NCBI GenBank assembly: GCA_048772705.1
Contig: JBLWGC010000169.1
Span: 136,088-200,087 of the forward strand
Direction of reading: 5' to 3'
Length of the DNA stretch: 64,000 bases
Source of the DNA: Leidyana gryllorum EB-2025a
Taxonomy: Eukaryota > Protista > Apicomplexa
How positions within the stretch are numbered: position 1 is the stretch's first letter; each line of letters opens with the position of its first letter. Both the position numbers and the translations under genes were made by a program. The notes beneath the pieces are model-generated. The model made no database searches. It worked only from the letters and a program-made list of their open reading frames with translations, and was not told the origin of the DNA. Positions 1 to 10,570 of the stretch are shown one piece after another.

Positions 1-865
1 ATTGGCCCGGAGTACTGGACACGGTGCTTCAACGTATGACCGCAATTTATCTTTTTGTGGTCGTGGAGTACGCCAATGATCCAAGTCGGGCCGCAATTTT
101 GGCCAATACTCACTTTTACTATCACCCATATGCTTCAGTAAGAACTTTGTGATCCCTGATCGGTGTGGTGTGGTGCAGAGTGCGCCCTGTGTTTGTGCAC
201 TGGCCGAGTGCATATTATATTGAGCACTGTGCAAATGGCGTTTGCAGCACATTCGCGCTTTGCAAGCGTATGTAATGTTGGACCAGTTGGCGAGGCTGAA
301 GGGGACGTTGAGTTTGTCGGGGTCGAAGTATTCGCAGGTGGACATTTTGTTGGCGGGTGATTTGAATGCAGATGGCGGGACTGCTGCGATTGATCTGATT
401 AGTCACGGGCAGGTTGGGTCTGATCACGAATCTTGGGGTCACGCGGCAATATTTGGGTTGGGCAAGGGTGTGCCAGAGAGGGATGTGGAAGGGCAGGCGG
501 CTGCGGATGTGGACGTGACGAGTCCGCCGTGTCTGAGTGAAGAAGCGTTGATTCAGCGTGCTGACTTTAGTCGGAGGGGGCCTGCCCTCGAGGCGCCATC
601 GAGTGTTGGGGCTTTACGGAGCGTTGGGGAGGACACAGAGATCGCGTTTACGACTCATGTGGGGTTGTTCAGGGCTGTTTTGGACTGGATTTTTGTCAGT
701 GATCGATTGTGCGTAAAGTATTGCATGGAGGGTCCGCGTGTGGAGGACATTACACACATCTCGGGAGTGACCCAGGGAGCAGATCGAGGTATTCTGGCGG
801 GGCTGCCGAACGCAGCGTTCCCCTCTGATCACATTCCGGTTGTCGCAGATATCATATATAACTGA
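1..865 (+). CDS. EEP-family nuclease, PDE12/CCR4-like (5'-partial)
   Basis: Exon ...ANTHFYYHPYAS ends at 137, GT-AG intron 138-247, then exon 248-865 HIRALQ...LLAGDLN...VLDWIF...FPSDHIPV. These are the EEP catalytic motifs (NTH, GDxN, D, PSDH). Confidence 0.85.
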
Positions 866-872
866 CTTTCAT

Positions 873-2467
873 TCACACTTTGCGCGCGCTGCTGTCATGA
901 TGCGTTTTTTCCAACTGCTTTTCGCTACTACCACTGCTGCTGTTCGAATGAGGAGGAGGGACCACGGCTAACGACTGACGAGACGATGAGGGGGGAACCA
1001 TAAGAAAGGCAAACGGGGGTTTATAACCAGTCACCTCAGGCGGTGCACAACTAACATAATTCTTCTTGGGAGCGTTCAGTGACGACGACGATGACGACGG
1101 CCGCCTCCCCTGTGATAACAACCCATTAAACGGCTCTTCCCCCAAAGGGGACTTGGGGGGCTCCGATTTCGCTTTCGCTCTCCCTTCCGTCTCCAACTCA
1201 GCTTCCACTTTCGGCTCAGTGGTTCTTAACAACGAGGAGGACTCCTCAACAGCGCCGCGGCCGCCCTCCGAAGCCGAAGCCGACGACGCTGACGAGGAGG
1301 AACAGGATGACGCCGAGGGCACACCGCCACCACCGGCCACCACCGCACCCTCCAACTCCTTCTTCACCGTCGTCGTCTCTCGGGCGGTTGCACCCACCTC
1401 GCCCAATGCTTCCTGGACAGACGGGTTGGACGCCAGTTCCACTTGACTCGCCGCCGTCCCACACTTCGGACACTGATGATGAACGTTCAGGTACTGACGG
1501 ATGCATTCATTACAAAAGGTCCAACCGCAGCACGTCACCAATTGAGGATCCGTAAAGGTCCGCTGACATATTGGGCAGAATAAATCATTGCCCTCATCAT
1601 TTATATTATTGTTGTTCGGCTCCCCGGAAAGATCAACTTCAGACGCGAGAACCGCTAACTGCCCATCTGCAAAGATCATAGAATATCTGATATCGAAAGC
1701 TCAATCCCGTGCATTGTGCGAAAATCCCAGAAGCAGCCCTCCAAGGCAGACGCACTCTCACACACTGTGTGTGTGTGTCAGTATGCGCACTTGTTTGTGC
1801 ACGGTTCCGTTCGCGGAGCACTTTGTGCTCGTGCGCACACTCGCCGCACGCAGCACTTGGAGGGAGCAAGGGGGTGTTTCGCACAATGCACGATCGTCAG
1901 GAGACGAGTGGTGGTGGTAGTAAAAAACTCACTGGCCAGATGATAAACGTCATTGTACTCGTTGATCTCCGCAGGTGTGATGACCTTTAGCCACGAACGG
2001 GGTATACCAGGGGCTGCCCGTATCTTTTTAGACAGTTTGCGGCCATGTTTCTGAGGGCATAGACGTATATGGTGACCCGGTTCTCCACACATATGACATA
2101 TATAAGACGATCCAACATCGAGCCGTCCACTTTGAACAGCAGCTGCCAACTGGCCACTAATCTTCGATCCTTCTTCCCTCAGATTTTTGCCGCGGACGTA
2201 TCTCCGAGCCAATGTGTCATTGTTCGCTCCAGAGCCGCTGGTCATTCCGACCGAGTTCTTGGTGCCTCCACCGGGCACTCCGAGTATCTCGCGGGGTCCC
2301 CGGTGTTCTGCGTGTTGGCTGATCACCTTCATCATTGAAGCGGTTTCCTCGTCGTCTTCATCGAGCTCGACTGCCCGCATTTTGGAGGCATTATTTCCAC
2401 TCTCCGCTGCCTCTTCGCTCGAGGGCGGCGGCCCACGCTTCCGACTTGGCGGCTCCAAACCATCCAT
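873..2467 (-). CDS. MPE1/RBBP6-like zinc knuckle + RING protein
   Basis: Exon 2467-1933 has the CCHC knuckle YICHMCGEPGHHIRLCP and KIRAAPGIPRSWL. Intron 1932-1667 joins in frame to the exon with RING CPICQRTFTDPQLVTCCGWTFCNECIRQYLNVHHQCPKC. Confidence 0.8.
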
Positions 2468-2497
2468 CACCCAAATTTTTTTCACTGATGTGTTTTC

Positions 2498-5400
2498 CTA
2501 CATCCACTCCTCCGACTCCGTCCTCTGTCGCTCCGACGTCGTACCCGAGCCCGGAGAAGCTGCCTCCTCCTCCATTAAAACCGCTCCCACCGCCGTCAAC
2601 GCAACACCACTCAAAGCCGATACAGCGCTACTTTTCAAACGCCATTGAACCGGTTGAACATCAGCCAACTTGTCGCACACCTGCAGTCATCATCATGTGA
2701 ATCAAATGCACGCAATCCACAATCCAATCCGATCCGATGAACACTCGATGCACTCTCGATGCACTCAATGTAACCCACAATGGGTGAGATATAATTACTC
2801 AATCACTCAATTACCCGATTACCCGATTACCACTCACTCGACGCAACACGGATTTCAGCAGCGTCTTTTGTCTCTCAGTGCGACACAGAGGGCCAAAGGC
2901 CATCAGCACATTGCCCGTTGGCGCCTGCCAGTCGTCTCTCCGTCGTTTTCCAAAGAGATCAAAGACCCGTTCGATCAAATGCTGTTCTCCACTCGTCAAC
3001 TTTTGACGCGTCCATTCAGTCGGCTCCCAGCAGTCAGTGTCTCTCAAGCGCTCCTCCAATTCGGCAAACGACCACAAACTCGCCGCTGATGACCTGTCGG
3101 GTCCCCCGAGCAGTCCCGCAGCCGCCGCAGCCGGAGTATCGGCTGGCCGTCCAGCCAGCCCACTCTTCCCAGTCCAAGTCGGCACCTCGAACCCAAAGGC
3201 GCGCCGATTTCGCTCCGAGTCTCGCAGAGCCGTCAACGCGCTTCTCACATAAGAGGGCTGAGAACCACTCCCAGCCGCCCCACTCGCAGCTTCGCGTAAC
3301 AGCTCAGAGTGCGCTTGGACGTGGTCGACCTTTCCGCTTGAGAACAGCAATCTCAGCAAACTCTCATTCTCGTTGCCCCCAGACGGAGAAGTATCTCCTC
3401 CACCCGGCTGCGCACTCTCACACTCACTCTCACTGCTGCTCTCATCTTCGGTTGCAGAGGCGTAATTGGCAGTCGGAGCCGAGATGGGCGACACTGGAGA
3501 CTTTCGTCTCATCAACTCACGTGAAAGTCTCTGCCGGCTGCCCACTTCATCGTCCTCGGGTTCCGTGAGTTCGCCCTCTTCGTCTTCTTCAGCGGCGACG
3601 TCACGGCCTCGTTTCTTGGACGGCGGAGAAGAGCACTCAATGAGTGGGGAGGATTGAAGAGCCTCCGGGGCCGAAGTCAGTCGATCCGCCGCCAATGGGC
3701 TTCCAGTGGCGTCCTTCGTCCTCGACGCTGCCTGATTGTGGCTTTGGGTAACGGCTCGTGCGACGTCCAACAAGTGTTTGGCTCGATCGCCCCCCGTTCC
3801 ACTCCCGGTCGCTGTGCTCTGCTGACGGGCGAAGGCTTTGGTGAAAACAGCTCGCAGTCGCGCGGGTAATTGTGCCGACTGCAAAGCACTCTCAACCTCT
3901 TTGGGAGCGGGTGGGAAGGCGAATAGGTCCAAAAAGTCATTCGCCTTGAACACCCGATGGATCTGATTGTCGGCCAATACTCGCTCTGACAAAAAGTATT
4001 TGAATATCTGACGCTTGTAAATCTTCTCCTCCAGTGTCCCACGTGTTAACAGTCGATACACCGTCACCTCCTTATCCTGACCAATCCGCCAGGCACGCTC
4101 TTGGGCTTGGGCATCCACTGTGGGGTTCCAGTCGGGATCAAAAATGATCACGCGAGTCGCCCCAACCAGATTCAGTCCGAGACCGCCCACACGAGTCGTC
4201 AGCAGTAAAAGCTCCAGACTGGGATCCGAGTTGAACTGCTCCACTATCTTCAGCCGACTTGGGATAGGTGTCAAACCATCTAACCGCAGAAAAGAGTATC
4301 CCTCCGCTGCCACCATTGATTGAATTATGTCCAACACCTGAATCGTTTGACTAAATACCAAACACTTGTGACCGCCTTCTTTCCAAGCCTTCAGAACATC
4401 TTTCAGCACCAATAACTTCCCCGAACGACCCGGGTTACCGACATCCGGGGGCCAGCGGTCCTGCTCGATTTGCAACAAAAGCAAATCAGGATGATTGCAA
4501 ATCTTCGATAACACCGAAATGTACCACAGACTCTTCGTCTGCAAAGATGAAGACGAAGGGTCGTCATTCCGCCGACGCCGCCCACGACGGGTGCTGCGTC
4601 TTTGCGCATTCAACAGAGCCGAAGATACATTTGCCTCCACATTGTGAGCTATCAGGAAATCTGCATATATTTGGTACTGAGCCATCGTCAGCGGGCACAC
4701 TATCATCTGCTCGTTCTTGCTCGGAAGGGCCAAACCTCCACCTTCCTCCCGCAGCAGCTCAAGCTTCGTACGCCGAATCATATGCGGACACACCAACGAC
4801 CGCAAAAGGGCCACACATTGTTGAGCTCTCAACGAACTACGCAAAGTGCTCTGAAACCGACAATAGATTGATTCATTTCGCGCCCAAAATACACCCACAC
4901 ACGTGTGTGCTCGGAGACACACAATGTGCTCGGAACACACGGTGTGCTCGGAACACACGGTGTGCCGCCAGCACTTCGAACTTTGGTGGAAAAAGCTCCC
5001 TTCGTTTACGAAGACTGCTCACCTTAGTGATGGGGTCTGCAAAATGCTCATTGAACACCGGCAGCGTTCCCAGTTTGCCCGGAGAAATAAAGTCGAAGAC
5101 ACTCCAAAACTCTTTCAGATCATTCTGTATGGGTGATCCAGACAGCAGGATACGATGCTTGACTTTGAGTCGTTTGACCGCTTGAGTTACCAAGGCATCA
5201 GGATTTCGAATCTTTTGCCCCTCGTCCAGAATCACATAGAACCAATCGAACTCCGCGAAGAACTTTAGCTTCGTCCGCACTGACTCATACGTGGTTATGA
5301 ACACTCCCCCATCCATGACACTATTTTTCAACTTGGTCTTGCGTGACCCTGCAGCATCCATTCTGCCCGGTCCATGAAGGATGGTCACGCGCAGGAGAGG

Positions 5401-6487
5401 ATAGAAGCGATCAAACTCGTCTCGCCACTGCGTCAACAGAGTCGCAGGACACACTATCAGTATGGCTTTAAGGGGAATGTCCCACAGTTTGCCAGCGAAG
5501 GCGTGGAGTCTGAGCCCTTCTTCGCGCTCCAGGAGCGTCTGGGCCCCCGGCTCTTGCAGGTCAACCACTGAAGTCGCCACTTGTTCGGATACTCTCTCGA
5601 TTCTCGGTCTGTTGCCTCCTTGGACGAGCGGTCCATTGACGAAGAGTGCCGCAATGAAGGCAATAACTTGCACAGTCTTACCCAGCCCCATTTCGTCAGC
5701 GACAAGAGCCCCCATGTTCTCTTTGAACATTTGCCATAAGAATGACAGTCCAATCTAAAGAGGGAGCACAGAGCATCATTTGTCAAAATCACATTCAATG
5801 AGAGAAAGCGCAACACACCCTTTGATGAGGAAATAGACAGCTTGCGATACAGGTGGGTAGGTCAATAGCATCGACTTCGTCTGCAGCATTATCCCTGTCT
5901 TCGACCTCAAACTCCGAGAGATCTGTACAGAAGGTGTCTATAGCCACCCCGCTTTCCAATATAAGAGCGGCAGAGCGTTTGGCCAATCTCAGCTCAAAAT
6001 CAATTAATGCATAATCGTCTCTTCTGTCGGTTGTGACTGCCTTGCGCTCTCCCTCGGGCTCTATTCGCCGTCGTTTCCTCGCTGAGGGGCCGCCGTGGCC
6101 TTCATTTGGGTCACCACGTATCTGAATATCGTCGGCTGTGATAACGAGATTGTTTGTGGCTTCCGGAGCCGGTGGCACCACATAAGTGGTAAGTTCAGAT
6201 GCATCGTTATCCTGCGATGATTGCTGTTGTTGGAGGCGAGAGATGGTCTCTAAGCAATGTTCTCTTTCGCGACGGAGTGCGTCTGCATTCTCTTGGGTGA
6301 CTGTGGCGGCCTGGATATCGGCCTCTAACTTAGCTACTCTGACAGCCAACTGTGATAGTTGCAGCTCGCGTCGTCCAGTTTCAGCGGCGGCCTGCGAGTA
6401 CACAGTTTACGTATCACGGTGATATTGGACCTAACCGACCTGTTTGAACAATTCCGTGGTGGTGACCTGGACCCCATCAGGAAGCAT
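2498..6487 (-). CDS. ERCC6: SNF2-family helicase CSB/RAD26 (ERCC6)
   Basis: Motifs LVADEMGLGKTVQ, LDEGQKIRNPD, LSGSPIQNDL, GGLGLNLVGA, DWNP..D.QAQERAWRIGQ, plus the CSB-typical VPTWTG. ORFs 5795-6403, 4873-5730, 2811-4958 and 2498-2680 join through canonical introns. First exon MLPDGVQVTTTELFKQ starts at 6487. Confidence 0.9.
4906..4966. repeat. Intronic 18-bp minisatellite (GTGTGCTCGGAACACACG-like, about 3 copies)
   Basis: Tandem copies visible inside a RAD26 intron. Confidence 0.8.
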
Positions 6488-6497
6488 CAAAAAAATA

Positions 6498-7349
6498 TCA
6501 GGCAGTGTTGGGTGACCGCGAGCCGCGGTCAATCAGAGGTTCCCAGACTCCAGCGTTCATGTTATCAACTTCAGCGGCCAGCTCCGGCCTTGAAGTCATT
6601 GGTGGCACTGTGCTGGAGCCTGAGACTTCCGATGCATTGCTGTAGGTTCGATGCTGTTCAGAGGACTCGTATTCGTTGTCTGGTCGGTTATTATCCATCT
6701 GAAGGGGTGAGTGCGTAGATCTTTGCTTCATTCTGCGCATTCTGCTCACCTTGAGCCGTCTCTTCATTCCGGGGAAGAAGTGTAACAAAAACATCAGTAG
6801 CACCATAGCGCCGACCACCACATAATACAGTGCCGCGGCTATCTTGTATTTGAAACTCGTTCGGTCTGATGGTTGACAGATGAGTGACACCAACAGTTAC
6901 TTACTCATGCACTCCGTAGTTACGGCCACCGCGTCATTACACTGTGCTGCAAAATGGTGTCTGCAGGCCCCAGCCGTGCATTTGGAACAGGCATAATCCG
7001 ATGGCAGTAATATCTGCAGTAAAGGTAGCCTAAACAGACCTCACGATCGACCGATCGACCATCTGGCACTCATTCACCACACGCACACACTCACCACACA
7101 CACACACTCACTACAAATACACAAGCACACACAAGCACACACAAGCACACACTGGCACACACTGGCACACACTGGCACACACACAGAGGCAGGGGTGGGC
7201 GTTTGAATAATGAACTTACGGTCAGCTCCTCTCGACTCTCATCACACGAACATCGACACAGGTCACCTATTTTTGTTGTCAAGTGAGAAAGCTACAGCAG
7301 AGTGTGTTTGTGAGTGGCATACCAAAGTCCTGAAAGCGGGTATATTCAT
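6498..7349 (-). CDS. Small Cys-rich single-pass membrane protein, unknown function
   Basis: Hand-spliced multi-exon model: MNIPAFRTL / ...DLCRCSCDE... / ...YACSKCTAGACRHHFAAQC...TECM / RTSFKYKIAAALYYVVVGAMVLLMFLLHFFPGMKRR. One TM helix followed by basic residues. Confidence 0.6.
7080..7185. repeat. CA-rich intronic micro/minisatellite
   Basis: (CA)n plus ACAAGCACAC x3 and ACTGGCACAC x3. Confidence 0.85.
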
Positions 7350-7486
7350 GGATCGATTGATGGTAGGCGGCTCACAGCAAGAAAGCAGGGTGTCAGGAGG
7401 AGAAGTAGGGGTAGACGCATATAGGAAGTGGTAATTATTTTGTGCAGGAGCGGGTGTGGGGAAGATCATAATTGGATGTCTCTTTC

Positions 7487-10375
7487 TCAAAGGGGATATC
7501 GTTCGTCCACGGCTGTTGCGGGCAGGGGAAAAGTAGTCTCTGGTTGGTTGGCAGGCGGGGATGGCTGGAGAATATGAGATGGAAACCATCCCTGCCGAGA
7601 ACGGTCGTGCGCTAGGCGTCCGTATGTCCACCGGTCTTTGGGTGCGGTTGCGAGAATCTCAACGGGTGTTCCCTCGTCTATGTACAGAAGTGTACTGCTG
7701 TTGTCCTTCTGCTGCTGCTGCTGCGGCTGCGTGGCCGCGTCCCCGTACCAACTCCGTAGCGTCCGCCGCACAACAACGTCTTCGTCCACAACCAGTACTG
7801 GCAAACTGTTCCCCTGGGTTGAGAGCATTGACTCCACCTGCTGCAAGAGTTGATCCCGCACACTCGGGGCCAACTGCCACAACAGGTTCGGGTCACACAC
7901 ATTCGATGTAACGCCAGTCCCCAACTCTAACTCCACAGTCTCTCGCCACTCCGGCGCCGCCACTTGACTCTCCAACGCACGTATCCGTGCTTCCACAGAT
8001 GTTCGCGCCTCACTCGCAGCCGCGGGCTGCAGCACGTTCCGGTAACTTAATCCAATTGCTTTCGCTGCCGGAGCAGCCACAGCCGCAGGCGACGACTCCG
8101 CAGCCGCCATAGTCGTACTCGTCCGCGACCATGCATTGTTCACATTGTTGTTCGTATTGGTGGTGCTGCTGCTGCTGTTGGCAGTCGGGGGCTGGGATGC
8201 AGCGGTCGTAGTCGAGGAAGCGGTCGTCCCATTCGTGTGGCTCAGCATACTTGGACCACCTGCTTGAGGTGGCGGCTTCATTGATGGAGGCGCGGCCAGT
8301 GGCTGCTCAACAGCTTGCGTCGAGGAGGTCGCCTTGGCTAACAAATCATCTGGGGCCTCCGTCGACTCTCCCCCCGTGTCGCCGGCCTTGTTCGTCCCTC
8401 CCCCAGCCACAATCCCCAGGTCTCCGTAAATGTCCTCGGTAACCACGTATGACAAGTCTTCGTTCTCCTCAATCAGTGGCTTCAGTATGTCTTTCAACTC
8501 TGCTAAAGCCTCTAACAACGCACTAACAGACTCGCCTCCTGCCTCCTCCTCACTGCCATCATCATCAGTACCACTATTTTCCCCCCGATCGCCCTCATCT
8601 AAACCGGTAGCTTGTGCGCAAACCTGAACATCATCAAAAGTCACGACGTAAAAGTAAAGCGCGCGCACTCACTGTGATCGTATTATTCCGTATCCCTCGC
8701 AGAAATTCGTCTAATCTCTTTGCGTGAGCCGAATATAGTGCAGCAGCCTCTGTCAATCGCACCAGCCTCGAATTCTGCAATAAAAACAGGTCAGCCCTAG
8801 ATCAAACCTCCACCCAATGCCTCAAATCGCCGTATCACCCGCCGCGAAACACCCGGAGCAACAGTCATAAACAAAAGAGGCCTTCGCACACACGTGTGCG
8901 GCAGCCACAATTATCCACCGTCTGCTCCGACAAGGAGACAAAATCACCAGACGCAGCACGGATCGATATTGGAAACGAATAAATCCCCAACCAGTCACCG
9001 GACAGATCACGGACACGGACTGTGACAAAAAAGTGTGACCATCGTTCTCATTCATCATTCTGATGAGTGGGCGGACACTGGATAACGAACGACAGATAAC
9101 AGTCACCGTACAGTCATTGCATCTTGCAATGGAGGGAGGGTGAAAACTGCCACTTGCACATTCATTCACACACCACAGCGGCGAAACAAGCACAATTCAC
9201 ACAGCTGGGGGGCAAATATGAACAGATAGTCGACACAGCAGACGATGGATTGCGGGGACTGACATGGTGCATGATGGATGACTGAACCTCTCATACACAC
9301 CGGGACACTCGTCGTCGATCTGTCACAACTTGTTGAGCCCGGCCAACAATCCCTCTCCTGCCCATCATCAGTCAGAGAGACCTTTCCTTCCGCCTGCGGG
9401 GGGGGACGACCCCGGACCAGCGACCAGAATGGACAGAAGAGGTTCCGACTGAAGGCACTAAAGTGGCAATGACAGTGTGCAGCGGCGACGAAAGCGTCAC
9501 GACTGACTCTCACTTCACAGTCACATCACCGACACACACACAGCAAATATATGATCAACGTCATCGGACCATGAGCGCAGGAGTGCGTGTGTGTGTGACA
9601 TCGTCAAATGAACATCACTTGCCGGGCAGTCGGGTGATCAACGGCAGGGGGCAACGGATCAATGGCGGCGAATGATTTGAGAGTACAGATTGTGGGATGA
9701 GAAAGGATGCTCGCTCATCGGCCACGAATCATTGTTGATTGCCCATTGATCATAGAATTTACGGCTTGTCGAGCGTACCTGTTCCGACTTGCGGTTGATT
9801 GCTTCGATTTCAGCAGTGAATTGATCGGATTTGTCTCTTAAGCGCTCAATGTATTCCTGCATCCACTGAATGACGTCTTTGAACTTGGAGGCTTGTTCGT
9901 TCTCTGTGTCTTCGCTGGAGACTCCTCTGAGGAAGTAGACTTTGCCTCTGCGGTGTCTGACTTCAATTTCCTTCTTGGCGTCAAGTAGGTTTTCACGAGT
10001 GAATCCAGTTTGTCTGATTTCGGCGTTGAGGAGGTCTATGATGTGTTGTCGGCTTCTATATACCTTCTTCATGAGGTTTTCAAGTTCATTTTTGAGTTTC
10101 TCTTTGGCCTCAGTGACTTGTCGCTCACTCATGTTAGATATATCGACTGTTATATATGATGGGTAGGTGGTGGTCTTCTTGGGTTTGAGGCCCGGTAGTT
10201 GTAGTGGCTCAGGGCACATGGACTTGATGACGCCACCCTCAAGTGTGGCCCAATCTGGGTTGGCTGTGGCTTCGTTGTAGGATTTCAGTTCTCGCCATTT
10301 GACATCATAGGTCTGCATATTGGTCTGCGCTTCGCGGAGACATTTCTCGATATCTTGAGCCAACCGTTTTGACAT
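7487..10375 (-). CDS. Not3 N-terminal-domain protein with C-terminal SH3 domain
   Basis: Exons 10375-9779, 8774-8673 and 8623-7487, all phase-0 GT-AG junctions. Not3-like helices: KRLAQDIEKCL, KEKLKNELENLMKKV, QWMQEYIERLRDKSDQFTAEIE, HAKRLDEFLRGIRNN, EDIYGDL. SH3: DNSSTLLYIDEGTPVEIL...DRWTYGRL...QGWFPSHIL. Confidence 0.8.
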
Positions 10376-10570
10376 ATTATTGAGGGTCAGTCAGTGGTCA
10401 ATCAATCAGTCCGTCTGGCTGTCCTGTCCTGTCCTGTCCTCGTGTGAATGTCCGTCCCTCTTGGACACGTGGCTGTGGGTCACTCCTCCTCTGCCTGATT
10501 CCGCCGCCTGCAGTGGCGATATATTGACTCCAGGGTGTGGCAAAACGTACTAAGTTTTTTCCAGCTGTGG

